A stretch of 64,000 bases of DNA. Source: an uncultured delta proteobacterium (GTDB taxonomy: Bacteria > Desulfobacterota > Binatia > UBA9968). The translations under genes were made by a program, and so were the position numbers. Below are positions 50,982-61,798 of the stretch, in pieces. The stretch is from assembly GCA_963804165.1 (NCBI GenBank), contig CAWDPO010000002.1, positions 192,001 to 256,000 of the forward strand, written 5' to 3'. Every line of letters begins with the position of its first letter. Positions within the stretch are counted from its first letter, which is position 1. The notes below the pieces were generated by a model. The model had not been told where the DNA came from. It worked only from the letters and a program-made list of their open reading frames with translations, and searched no databases.

Positions 50982-51524
50982 AGTCGTGAACGGTAACTGG
51001 AATCGCGTTTGTAACTTTACCCATAGTTTTGCCAGAATGGCGGTATTGGTGCTTCAAATTTTTCTACTCGCTCTCGTGTAAGAACGTCTTCTGTCTATGC
51101 TTCCCGCGCACGATCACGTGATACAGAACGCCGGAAGCCAACGGCCTGGTTCGCCTCGCCATGCATTTCCTATAACAGCGAGTGATCAGAAATTATTCAA
51201 GATTGGCTAGATCAGAAAGTCTGGCGACAGGCTTGCCTTTCAAAACATGTTGCATTGCAAGACCTGCCCCAAGTTTTGACCCGATATTCTTCTGACTGGA
51301 ACCACTGGAACGCTTGGAACTGAGCAAAGCGATGGAACAATTAGATAGAACCGCCGATGCGACCGCGTGCAATCAAACCGATGTGAACCAATGGCGTTTC
51401 ATCGTCGTCCCGACGAACGAGCTTTTCTCCCTCTCTTGCCTTCGCCCGACGGATGTTGTTGAATTCCAATCGAGAAAAGGAGATCACGGTCGGAGCCAAG
51501 CCTGGTTCCGCTGTGAGATTGGCT

Positions 51525-51998
51525 ATGAAAGCTGTCAGAATCATTGCTCTGATCGCACTGATCGCTATCCCTAGCTCGTCTTACGCCTGGTCGCGAGGCG
51601 GAGCGGTCGTCGTGAGACCCGGTTTTTCCAGAGGGGTCGTTGTTGCCAGACCTGGTTTCGCCAATGGCGTCGTTTTCGGCAGACCCGTATTTCCCGGACG
51701 CTTTGTCGCGGGCCGAGTCGTCGTCAATCCGGTTTTATATCCCCGGCCCTATTATTTTTCTTCACCCTACATTTATTACTATCCGTCGAGCTCAGTTTAT
51801 TCTTACTCTTATACTGTACCACCCTCGACCCCGTCCGCGCCGACTCCACGTGACGCCTACGATCGCGGCTACGCCGAGGGGTACTCGCAGGGTTACGAAG
51901 AGGCTCTGAAAGCGCGCGACAACGAACGCTACGAGGAAGGGAAAAAACAGGGCTACGAACAAGGCTATGAGGCCGGCAAAGAAGCTCCGAACCCCTGA
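51525..51998 (+). CDS. Hypothetical secreted protein (VVxRPGF repeats, Tyr/Pro-rich, GYxEG repeats)
   Basis: Signal peptide MKAVRIIALIALIA; low-complexity repeats. Confidence 0.65.
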   Translation: MKAVRIIALIALIAIPSSSYAWSRGGAVVVRPGFSRGVVVARPGFANGVVFGRPVFPGRFVAGRVVVNPVLYPRPYYFSSPYIYYYPSSSVYSYSYTVPPSTPSAPTPRDAYDRGYAEGYSQGYEEALKARDNERYEEGKKQGYEQGYEAGKEAPNP

Positions 51999-52365
51999 TC
52001 CACTGTCGTCCCGCGAATTAGAAATAACTCGCAGTTCATAGCGCTAGTTATAGTTGTCGGCCATGAGCTGAGGACATTAAAAAGGGGAGCAGCTACTTGC
52101 GAGTCCGAATCTCATCGCGATTTGCGCTTGCCAATCCTTCCTTCCGAACGGTCTCTGTCGATTGACGTCACGGATTACACGGCGGATGTGGCATTGAATG
52201 ACCGGGAGCGCTGGGGTCAGGCATGAGTTGTGATTCGCTGAAGAACCCCTCATTTTGATTTGTGATCGACGTTAAGAATGGTGCTACGACGAGGGTAATG
52301 TTGCCGAGCGAGAAATTTTGACCTGCTACGGCGCCACAAGCAAGAGAAGTGGCTCGCTCTTAACC

Positions 52366-53976
52366 TTAGGCAGGGCTCAGAGCCGATGTTCTGATGTGGA
52401 AGGCGAGCAGATTTAGATATCGTTTCACATTGCAAGCGGCTCCAATCAAATAATGCGATAGCCCGACTCGGCTCAGCCCCCGATATTTCGTCCGTCTCAG
52501 CCCGTGCCCGCGCACCAACTCGCTGTGGGTCCCTCTATCCCGTTTCGCGGATGCATGCTCTTTGAGAACCCGCTCTGTTTCATTTCTCTGCGCCGCTGCT
52601 CGACCAGATCATGGCGCAGTCCGCGACCAAAGTTCTCCGTCCACTCTTGGAACGTGTACACTGATTTTGTACAGGACAACTATCACATTGATTACCCCAC
52701 TCGATGCGATAGTACTCGGTTCCATGTAGCTATCTTTGATGCGGCTGCACTGCGTGCTGAGTTTGCCCTGGGGACAAACCGCCTGGCGTTTGTCGATATC
52801 AACATGGAACGCATCGCTATTGTACGCTCCCTTGTGCGGGTCGGGACGCGTCGGGCCTAATAACTCGATGCCGTTTTGTTCAGCTTGCGTTAAGGTGTTC
52901 TCGGTGACGTAACCGGCATCGGTATACATCGCCTGGGGTGTGATCTCATGGTGCTGCTGTTCTCTTTTGAGCGTCTCGGTTAAACCCGCCATCTCGTCCT
53001 GGGCCGCCTCGGTGGTCAGTATCTCGGTAATAAAATGCTCGGCGGGCTCGCCTTTTTTCTTGATGGGTTGTTGTGGATCGACGCTCTCCGCCACATGCAC
53101 CTTGTAGCAACTGCACTGCTTGGTCCTCTTATCGGCATAATGCGCATCGGGATCATGCGGATTATGTACCGCGCGGGGCGGCCGCTTGGTGGCGGGCTCA
53201 AGCTTTCCCTCGACCACCTCAAAGTGCTCCTCAAAGACCCGGCGCAAAAGTTTCACCGCCTCCCGTTCCCTGAGCTTAGAATCATTTCTGTCTAGCCACT
53301 CCAAAAGCTCTCTCATGTGTTGCCCACACTGCCGATAGCGCCTATCGTGCTCGGTCTTGCTTAATCGCCAATCGAGTTTGCTCTGCACGTACAACTCCCA
53401 TAGTCTGTCCCAAAACTCGGGCCGCTTTTTTCTTCCCAACTTCATGTTCCAAATCCTCCACCGCCAAGCGCAGCGTCTCCATCGCGCACTCCAAGTAGCT
53501 CATCGCTTTCACGTATCCCACGATATGGGTGCTATCGAGCCGCTGCTTGCCTTTTTCTTCACCAATCCCAACTCCACGAGGAGCTTTAAGATCCAGTCAA
53601 AAATCATCCGCTCGGCTTTTTTCTTTTCCAGCGGGGCGCGAAAATAAACCAACACGTGGAATGAAACGGTCGTAGTCCAGTTCCAAATACAGGGCGTACT
53701 TCCAACGCAAGTGATACACCACCTGCTCGGTGGCCGAGCGGTCGGCCGCTTTCTCCATGAACTGCAGCAGCGTCACCGCGCATAACAGCACGGATCGATA
53801 GCCGGTCGCCCGTTATCCTCGCAGTAAAGCGCATGAAGCTTAGCTGAAAGCTCTAAAAGCTTGGGCTAGATCTTTTCTCTAAACAGCCGGTAGCGGTTGG
53901 CCGGACCGAAAAGATTTCCAGCAAGATAGTCGGTATGATAAAAGCTTCTCTGGGCATCGGCGGCTCTTACGCTCAT
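52366..53976 (-). pseudogene. IS1182-family DDE transposase, multiply frameshifted
   Basis: DUF772-like LLQFMEK.ADR..WKYAL; NPHDPDAHY; YTDAGY; CPQG; EGTHSELVRAHGLRR. Confidence 0.8.
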
Positions 53977-54039
53977 GGAAAAATCATGAAGGCGACATCT
54001 TCGCTTGTCAACGTCTATTTAATTAACTAGAGTCGCCAA

Positions 54040-54222
54040 ATGAACTATCCCACTAAAGTCCAGGCTATCCGCCGCAAAAAGGCCGTCTCTCAGTGTTATG
54101 TTAACTTGCCGCTGCCTCTAGCTGCGGCTATTGATATCGAACCAGGGGAGATGGTGCAGTGGAAAGTCGACACCCGTTACAAACTCTTCCTCATCCGCGA
54201 ACGACCTAAGAAAAGAAAATAA
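54040..54222 (+). CDS. Small AbrB/SpoVT-like DNA-binding protein
   Basis: 60 aa: TKVQ.I..YVNLP..AAAIDIEPGE.VQW. Confidence 0.6.
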   Translation: MNYPTKVQAIRRKKAVSQCYVNLPLPLAAAIDIEPGEMVQWKVDTRYKLFLIRERPKKRK

Positions 54223-54552
54223 CCATGGGGGTTTTTAGCAGAATGAGTTGTTGACTTAATCCTAAGCAAACGCTGCAGCTCCGACTCTGATCGCTTGTCC
54301 CGTGCCGCCGCGAGTCCCAGCTGGCTTTCTAATTGTATCGATTAAATGGCGAACCCTATCGATGGAATCATTAACGGCTGGTGTAAGGATAGCCAGTTGC
54401 ATCAGAAATTTAGCAATCGACGCGATGGGAAATGTCATGACTCTCCTTCCGCCAGCTACCTGACCGTTGTATGCACTCGGTCCGGCTTTGAACGTTTTGA
54501 ACGGAGCGAACCGATGGAACGTCCGGAATGGGTCGCAGGGCCCACCGGCGGA

Positions 54553-55299
54553 TTAGCGTGGGAGCGCTAACTGTAGCAGCACTCCGAATTCCGCCACAGC
54601 GTCACTGTAGGACTGGGGAGATTCCTCATCCGCATCTTTGGTGTATTGCCAGTTGAAACTAAGCGCCTCGGTTGCTTTCCATCCGAACCATTCGAAATTC
54701 TGTTTCTGAGTCTTCAGAACTTGTTCGTCGTTCCAGTTGTGACCGAACAGGACGATGCCGGCTTCGAGCTTCTTTAACTGGGGTATCGGCTTTTCTCCAA
54801 GTGAGGTAACTCTGTTCTCGATCCAGCTAAGGCGTTCGAAGAGGCGCTGATACACGCTGTTCGTTTGTCCCCATCGCACGGAGACGAAAAAGACCACCGC
54901 TTGCGATTTGAATAATTCGCGGCTGATCTTATAGAGTTGGTCATCGTGGTTATTGATAGAGGCCCAGCACCGGTGCTGGCCCGTCGGGTTCTTCCCCTTG
55001 TCGCGCAGCTTCGCTTCGAGCACGCCGCAATTGTTGCCACGCTGTGCGCTAATATTTCCCTCGCAGGCATGTATTTTGAGATTCGCAACATCGAGCACGG
55101 TTACATGCTTTCCTTTTTGCTTCAAATGCTTTTCGATTCGAAGCGCGAGTTGTGTAGTCTTTGGGATATCCCAGGGATGCTCCTGGTACCGAGTGCTCGT
55201 CGTGAGCAGCAAGATGTTATTCTTCGCCTCGAGATATTTGACGAGCCGTCGGCATTTTGTCGCTATCAGGCCAATGTTTTCCTTTTTCGAGCCGGTCAT
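54553..55299 (-). CDS. Flavodoxin-like NAD(P)H-dependent FMN reductase family protein
   Basis: LLLTTSTR..KTTQLA, LKIHACEG, HRCW, SVRWG..S.YQRLFERL. Confidence 0.7.
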   Translation of the reverse strand: MTGSKKENIGLIATKCRRLVKYLEAKNNILLLTTSTRYQEHPWDIPKTTQLALRIEKHLKQKGKHVTVLDVANLKIHACEGNISAQRGNNCGVLEAKLRDKGKNPTGQHRCWASINNHDDQLYKISRELFKSQAVVFFVSVRWGQTNSVYQRLFERLSWIENRVTSLGEKPIPQLKKLEAGIVLFGHNWNDEQVLKTQKQNFEWFGWKATEALSFNWQYTKDADEESPQSYSDAVAEFGVLLQLALPR

Positions 55300-55510
55300 G
55301 AGATCCACGCGTTTCTGAAACCTGGACTATTTCTGTGGGATGAGCCAACTATCATCAAAAAGACCTCCCCTGGCAGGGTGCTGAAAAACTCCGTCGGAGT
55401 CCTTCGACGGTGTGCTCAGGACGAACGGAGGGGATTTGAAATCGTTGATGATTTTCCGTTCTGCTGAGCCCGACGAAGCATGAGGGTCTCGAAGCATTCC
55501 CTAATTTTTT

Positions 55511-55735
55511 TTAGTAAAGGATAACTCCGAACTCTACCTGTCCCTTCCGCATCTCGTAGTCTCTACGACTTATTCTCTGACCCCGATAATCTTCCTCCAC
55601 CTGGTTCATCTGGTAATGGGAGTTAGAGCGGTAGCCTAACACGGGTGTCTTGTTCCCTGACGCCGTTCCAAGGAATTGGCAACCCCATTGACCAAAAGCG
55701 ATCATGAGCGCTAGGAGCACGGTAAATTTTCGCAT
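55511..55735 (-). CDS. Small putative lipoprotein
   Basis: AGGAGG RBS; signal peptide with WGC lipobox-like site. Confidence 0.6.
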   Translation of the reverse strand: MRKFTVLLALMIAFGQWGCQFLGTASGNKTPVLGYRSNSHYQMNQVEEDYRGQRISRRDYEMRKGQVEFGVILY

Positions 55736-56059
55736 GTCAACCTCCTTGGGTTGGACAGATTAGGAGGTTTAAGCAGGCTTACTTAAAAAATTTCGAGTAA
55801 CCTCAGAAGTGAAACCCCACGTCTAGAATTGCTCAAACTCTACACTGACCGGAGAGGGATTACTGTCTAATAGGGGACCCTTTCTTGAAAGGAATGAGCG
55901 AAAGAGGCGGGTTAACGAACCGGCTTCCCGCCGGCTCGCAAACAATCAGCTAACACGCCAGGACCGACTGGATTTCACTTAGTTGTCGGGGCACCTCGGT
56001 CGCCGTCCCATGGGACGAGAATCATCAAATGGATCGTTTTGTCCTTTAAGTCGCGCCGA

Positions 56060-56965
56060 TCACAGCGGTCGAGTAATCAGCACCGGATCGCCGCAATGGC
56101 GCACCACCGATTCCGCGACACTCCCCAACACCCAGCGCTTAACGCCGGATCGCCCGTGCGAGGACATCGCGATCAAATTGTCCGGCGTTTTTTGTCCTAA
56201 CAAAATAATTTCATCGGCGGCAAGACCTTCCTTGGTGACGCACGTGATCTTCGCGACCCCAAGGTTTTTGAGATCGGCTGCCTTCTTGTCTAGATATTGC
56301 GCCGCTTCGTCGCGCACGCCGGCGAGCAGCTCCTCGTAATTCCCGGCGTAAAAACCCTCATCGCCGCCGTAAACGTTGTACGGAATGTGATAGGTGCGGA
56401 ACAACTCGACCTCCAGATCGAGCTTTTTCGCCATGCCGGCGGCCATGGGCAGCACGCCCTCGGCAAGCTCGGACCCGTCCAGCGGCACAATAATCGACTT
56501 GAGCATGGCTTCGCCTTCTGACTTCGCCTCCTCGGTAGCGCGGATCAACAACAGTGGATTCACCATTCCGCGCAGGACCTTTTCGGCAACGCTGCCCAAC
56601 AAGAAGCGATTCAATCCCGACCGGCCGTGCGTCGCCATCGTGATCAGCATCGCTTTATCGGTTGCCGCTTTTTCAATGATCATGTCTTCGGCTTTGCCCT
56701 TTTCCACCGAGCATCGAACATCGGTGCCGGCAAACGTTGTTGCCACGCTTCCTAGATAGCTCGTGAGGCGGCGGATAGCATCGTCGATGATGGTGTCGAG
56801 AAAGCGCACCTTTTCGCTCGCCATGTGCGAGGCGACCTCGGCGATATCGACCACAGCCAACAACTCGACGGGAACCTTAAACTTGCCCGCCAGGTAACGA
56901 GCATAGGGCAGGACCTTTTCCGCCGTCTTCGATCCATCCAACGGTACGAGTATTTTGCTGTACAT
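56060..56965 (-). CDS. Universal stress protein (tandem Usp domains)
   Basis: ILVPLDGS x2; HGRSG...GSVAE x2. Confidence 0.92.
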   Translation of the reverse strand: MYSKILVPLDGSKTAEKVLPYARYLAGKFKVPVELLAVVDIAEVASHMASEKVRFLDTIIDDAIRRLTSYLGSVATTFAGTDVRCSVEKGKAEDMIIEKAATDKAMLITMATHGRSGLNRFLLGSVAEKVLRGMVNPLLLIRATEEAKSEGEAMLKSIIVPLDGSELAEGVLPMAAGMAKKLDLEVELFRTYHIPYNVYGGDEGFYAGNYEELLAGVRDEAAQYLDKKAADLKNLGVAKITCVTKEGLAADEIILLGQKTPDNLIAMSSHGRSGVKRWVLGSVAESVVRHCGDPVLITRPL

Positions 56966-57109
56966 GCTTTCCTCCTCGCCGCCTGTTAAAAAAGTCCAGA
57001 GGGACTGTCGTCTTCCGTCCTCTGAAGGTAAAACTAACCCGTGATGGATTGCGGTCTAATATTGGACAAACTCAAAACTATAATTCTGCGTCGCGACTAA
57101 TCTGAAAGG

Positions 57110-57711
57110 TCACCACCCTGGTCGCTCAACCGGGGCCTCATTTTCAGCGACAAATTTGAGTCCGTAAGCTTCCTCCGGTTCGCGCAGCGCATAACTGCCA
57201 TTTGCCTCAATAACATCTCGATGTGAGGCTTTGACACCGAGCTGATTCTTGACGTTCTCAACAAATGCCATACTGCCCACCGCGATCGCTTCAGACCAGC
57301 GATCGTCGCGTACCGCGAAGCCGCTCTCCGGCCCTTGCTCAATCCACTGTCGATGTGCTCTTTGAAAATCTCCACGATCCGCAAACCCGCTCAACTCGCT
57401 ACCCCTCTGCCATCTAACCTTGAACCATTGAACCTTGAACTTTTGAACCACGATCCTCGTGTGCGGCCGGCGATGAGCTGCATGCTCTCGGCGATAACGT
57501 TCGGACCTGTGTCTTTGACCAGTAAGTGGATGTGATTGGATGTGACCATGTAGTTCAGCACGGACAAACCGAAGCGCTTCCTCGCCTCGAAAACCCAATG
57601 CAGGTAACGGCGACGATCACGTGCGAACTTGAGTAGAAATTTTCTTTGATGGCAGCGGTGCGTGATGTGCCAGACGTAACCAGGCAGGAAGTGACGGCTT
57701 GCTCGTGGCAT
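57110..57711 (-). pseudogene. Second RAYT/Y1 transposase copy, internally deleted
   Basis: N-terminus nearly identical to the 50555 copy; catalytic-Tyr segment absent, TTGAAC repeats at the breakpoint; upstream IR at 57812-57823. Confidence 0.8.
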
Positions 57712-57911
57712 CTTCGTTCCTTAGAGCCATCGTTCTTAGTTCAAAAAGCGGCCTCTAAGCTCTGAAAAGATGTCTTTTATGCGATCTTAGCCTGTCAAAT
57801 CAAGATCTTGCCTTGGTCCGACCCGGAGTATTTGTTTCTATCCTCCCACCTCCAATCAGTTGGAATGCATGCGCATCTACCCAAGTTTCTGCAGCGCAAC
57901 CCGCAATGTCA

Positions 57912-58925
57912 TTACGGAGCATCCACTCCGTCGAGGAGGTGTCGTGTCCTGAGGTACTTGGCAAAGTATGTAGCAGCCTCACGGCTTGGGTGCCAGAAAA
58001 GATTGTCGCCAGTCTCGGTCACGACGACGCCATCTGCCAGCGCCTCGTTCAAAGGCTTCAGCAGGTCGAAATAGTGGAGCCGCAAGGATTCGAGTATGCC
58101 GAGAATCAGGCGCCGGTACTCTTGGTATTCAGGCTTCCAGTCGCTGAACGGCCGCAGAATCGGCAACACCAAGACCGTGAGCCGCGCCCTATCGACGGCG
58201 ACCAAGCGCTCCAAGTCTGTCAGGCTCGCGCGGACCTCTGCAATGATCTCAGAGCGCGCGGTCTTCTTTGGGGTTACAAGTCCGAGCCAGTAACGATAGG
58301 TGTAACTGTGCTGGAAGAGCCACGGGTTCAGGCGACGAACCGGCCGGTTGGGTGCGAAGACGACCAAGGTCCCGTCGGCCTCCCGAAACGCTACTGGCGT
58401 CGTCTCGAAATCGTTGAGGTGAAACGTCAAGATGACGTGATCAGGATTAATAGCTCGATTGAATCGCTTGTAATACTCGACTTCTTGCACCGTATTGAAG
58501 GACTCGACTCCCGCATTCCAGTACTCATACTTCTGCGAGCCATACACGGCTCTGAGGGCCTCGACAATCTGACCACGATGGGTGACGGAGTCTCCGATGA
58601 ACAGGAGCCGATTCACACCCGGGGGCTTCGCTGCAGCATAGTCGTTTGCGAGCGTGCCAAAGCGCGTGTAGGGGCCATCGCCGAGCACAGGTCGGAAGCC
58701 GAAGCTGGGATCTACTACGAAGGAGAGCCCCTTGGATGCGCTCTGTCGGAACTGGGGGAGTTCGTAGGCTCCGCCGAAAGTTCGATATGGTGCCTTGATC
58801 CTGTGGAATACCTCGATACCGAGAATCAAGAGAGCGCTGGTCAGGCCAGCGACCAGGAGGTTCACGAGTAGTAAGCGTACCGTTGGTAATGCCTTCCACC
58901 TCAAAGGGTTGAGCAAAGGCCACAT
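57912..58925 (-). CDS. SGNH/GDSL hydrolase family membrane protein
   Basis: N-terminal TM; FIGDSVT, NAGV, LNDF, HP. Confidence 0.8.
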   Translation of the reverse strand: MWPLLNPLRWKALPTVRLLLVNLLVAGLTSALLILGIEVFHRIKAPYRTFGGAYELPQFRQSASKGLSFVVDPSFGFRPVLGDGPYTRFGTLANDYAAAKPPGVNRLLFIGDSVTHRGQIVEALRAVYGSQKYEYWNAGVESFNTVQEVEYYKRFNRAINPDHVILTFHLNDFETTPVAFREADGTLVVFAPNRPVRRLNPWLFQHSYTYRYWLGLVTPKKTARSEIIAEVRASLTDLERLVAVDRARLTVLVLPILRPFSDWKPEYQEYRRLILGILESLRLHYFDLLKPLNEALADGVVVTETGDNLFWHPSREAATYFAKYLRTRHLLDGVDAP

Positions 58926-58958
58926 GCTGGTCCGCCTTCTCCTTTCGTATGCCTAAGC

Positions 58959-60621
58959 CTACTTCGGCCTGAGGGTCAGACTTTCTATTCTTGACAATCT
59001 GCCGCTAATTGCGCCGCCTGCTTCCTCAAAGGTTCGTTCTCGCTCATACGAACGGCCAAGCGCGACACCAAAGAACTCACTGATGCCTTCTGCACCAGCC
59101 TCCGTGGCGATCATGATCTGTCCCTGCTCACGGAAGTAATCGACTAGGGCGGAGCGCATGTCGGCGGTGCGCGAGCCCGTGACACGGTCCGTGCCCTGGT
59201 GACATTCCAGCCAATCGGCGTAGATCGCCTTGGAACCGTCATCGGTATTGGAGCCGTTGAACAGGACGATGCCATCCTTCCACGGGCTGTCCGCCAATAC
59301 TCGCAATAGATAACTCTGAGTGCGGCGGGATTCGGTGAAGATGATCGCCTTCTGCTCGGCGCCGAGTTCCACGGCTTTCTTCATGGCGATAGCGAGCGCC
59401 TTCAGCAAGGCTTTGCCCTTGCCGTTGTGGTCGATGGACGTGGCTAGACGGGCGAAGTTGTCGAGATCAGCGATCTCAGCCTCAATGGCGGCGCGGTCAG
59501 CTTCCGAAAGCGGTGAGGCGGGTTCGTCGTCGTCCCATTCTTCCGCGGTCTCGTCCAAGGCCTCGTAGTCTTGGTCGAGCTCTTCTTCCAACGGTTCTTT
59601 TGGCTCCTGCTTCTGCGAGCTTGGCCTTGAGCCGGTTCGAAATGGACGTGAGCGCTCCCGCTATGGCGAAACTCGAAGATGCCAGCAGCTTGCGCAAAAC
59701 TAACGTCATCAGCGAGCGCTGGCTGGAGGGAAGCGCCTGGAGGTTCGGACGGCGCAAATATTCCGACACCAGTTCGTAGAGCTGGTCTTCGCTTTCCTCC
59801 GGCGTAAATTTTTCAAGAATTGGTAGACGCTTAGTATAAGGAATGTAGCCGGTAACCTGCCGACGCAATGTGCGATGGCAAATCGGCTTCAGACGCGCCT
59901 TGAGAGTTCGGAAGACTTGATCCTGAGACAGGTTGGCAAACTGCTCACGAAAACTTTTCAGATCGCCGAAAGCGTGCTCGTCGATGATGCTCGCGAGCCC
60001 GAAGAGTTCCAGCAGCGAATTTTGCAGCGGCGTAGCCGTGAGGAGAAGCTTGTGCCGGTCCTGCAATGCACCCTTGAGCGTGTTCGCAATTACATTGGAA
60101 GGCTTGTAAACGTTGCGCAGTCGATGCGCTTCGTCGATCACAACGAGATCCCACGGCGTATTCGCGACGTCCGACGCCTTGCTGCGCGCAAAGTGGTAGG
60201 AGCAGATGACGATGGCGTCTTTCACCTCGAACGGTTTGAAGAGCCCTTGTTTGATCGCGTCGTTATAGGACTTGGTCTCCAAGATCCGGCAAGGCAGAAA
60301 AAACTTTTCCGTTAGTTCCTGATGCCACTGCTTACGCAGATTGGACGGCACGATGACGAGAATGCGCCGCTTCCGCTCCGCCCATCGTTGCGAAAGGACC
60401 AGACCCGCCTCGATAGTCTTTCCCAGTCCGACTTCGTCAGCCAGCAGCGCGCCCTTCGAAAGCGGCGAGTTAAAAGCAAAGAGCGCCGCATCAACCTGGT
60501 GCGGATTGAGATCAACCTGCGCGCTGGCAACCGCGCCGGCGAGCTTCTCGATGCTGTCCGACGAGCAGCGCTTGGTCAGCTCATAAGCGTAGTATTTGGC
60601 GTGATAGGGAGTTAGATCCAT
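58959..60621 (-). pseudogene. SNF2-family helicase (DrmD/RapA-like), frameshifted near 59592 and truncated near 59081
   Basis: LNPHQ, LADEVGLGKT, IDEAH, TATP, IIFTESRRT, ATEAGAEGI; motif VI missing. Confidence 0.8.
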
Positions 60622-60904
60622 TCGACGTTATAATTCTCATCTGCCAGCGAGTTATGCCTCGCTTCATCGTCACCTAAATTCGAGTCGGTTTGGAGAAAAC
60701 TCACCGGCGCGGTGGTGCGGCGCTCTGGGTTGATGTCGGGTCTAAATCGGCCAAAATTTCTCGTAGTCTATTAGATTTGACGGGTTTCTGACAAGGGCGA
60801 ATTATAAAAGGATAAGGGCAAAAGGATTATCAACACCGCGGCCGGTTCCGAGCGTTCCAGGGTTCCAATGGTTCCAAACGTTCGAGGAATTAAAACCAAA
60901 GAGA

Positions 60905-61113
60905 GGAAACTTTCTTGTTTCGGAAATTCTCAAAACGTCAAAATATAAATTCGCCCGAGCTTGGCGATGATCCCACTCAGGATGTTTGCCTCCTCGTCTC
61001 GTCGCGTAAAACCCCACTGACAAAAACTTTTCGCGCTAATATCTAAAAGGTTAAGCAGGCTCGAAACGGATTGCAGTCTAATATTGGACAATTTTGAAAA
61101 GAATCTGGGGCGG
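60905..61113. repeat. About 180-200 bp direct repeat, copy 1 (copy 2 at about 62113-62287)
   Basis: Shared AATTCTCAAAACGTCAAAATA..GGCGATGATCCCAC..TATCTAAAAGGTTAAGCAGG..GGATTGCAGTCTAATATTGGACAATTTTGAAAAGAATCTGGGGCGG. Confidence 0.85.
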
Positions 61114-61178
61114 GGGACTCGTGTTCGTGTTTCGTGGTGGGGAGAAGTGCCGTGTTCGTGGTCGTGGGGGGAACTTCC

Positions 61179-61202
61179 ACGTTTCGAGAATTCTCGAAAG
61201 GT
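61179..61202. repeat. 24-bp palindrome ACGTTTCGAGAATTCTCGAAACGT, copy A (1 mismatch)
   Basis: Further copies at 62405-62428, 63338-63361, 63720-63743. Confidence 0.9.
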
Positions 61203-61266
61203 CGAAATGAGCAGTTTACATCGTTAAATAGAGCGACGACGCAATTCGGGGCCGGGCTGTGATGTC

Positions 61267-61590
61267 CTAGAGTTCTACGCGTAACAACTGGCCGGGGCGG
61301 CTCTTCGGAATAGCGGCGAGCAGATTTGGCACGAGCGGACGGAGATCCTCAAGGGCATTACTTGGAGCGAAGAGAAGGATTATGCCGAGTTGCGATTGCG
61401 ATAGGTTTTGCTGAAATTGTAGGTTGCGATCAGCGGTCACCAGAACATCAAAGCCCGCGTCAGCCGCGACCCGAAGGAGCTCGCCATTCTTAAGTCCGGC
61501 CCACCCGCGCTGCTGAACGGTGCTGACATCGTGCCCGACGATGTCCCTGGCAAGGTGACGCGGCAGTTGTTCATCGAGCAGGACGCGCAT
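61267..61590 (-). CDS. DUF5615 PIN-like toxin (VapC45-like)
   Basis: MRVLLDEQLP, GWAGLKNGELL, VTADRNL. Confidence 0.88.
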   Translation of the reverse strand: MRVLLDEQLPRHLARDIVGHDVSTVQQRGWAGLKNGELLRVAADAGFDVLVTADRNLQFQQNLSQSQLGIILLFAPSNALEDLRPLVPNLLAAIPKSRPGQLLRVEL

Positions 61591-61798
61591 CAGCGGTCAA
61601 AGCCTCGTGAGCGTTCTCAAGAACCGCGATGGCCTGTTCGCGAGAAACCGATGGAAATGCGTCGAGAAACTCATCGATATCATGTCCACGCTCGAGATAG
61701 TCAAAGAGGTTTCGCAGCGGGACGCGCGTGCCCACGAAGACGGGGGTTCCACCTAATATCTCCGGGTCGCGATGTACGACCGAAGGTTGGTTCGTCAT
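61571..61798 (-). CDS. DUF433 antitoxin
   Basis: DPEILGGTPVFVGTRVP; overlaps the toxin start. Confidence 0.9.
   Translation of the reverse strand: MTNQPSVVHRDPEILGGTPVFVGTRVPLRNLFDYLERGHDIDEFLDAFPSVSREQAIAVLENAHEALTADARPAR

Larger units (their letters stand above)
52233..54244. mobile_element. IS1182-family insertion sequence with passenger ORF
   Basis: Imperfect IRs ATTCGCTGAAGAACCCC / GGGGTTTTTAGCAGAAT; flanking direct repeat GAGTTGT(T)G. Confidence 0.7.

Noticed and set aside
57813-58871. Long antisense ORFs (also 19041-20210, 6516-7424, 21592-22497)
   Set aside because: Shadow frames of well-supported opposite-strand genes in GC-rich DNA
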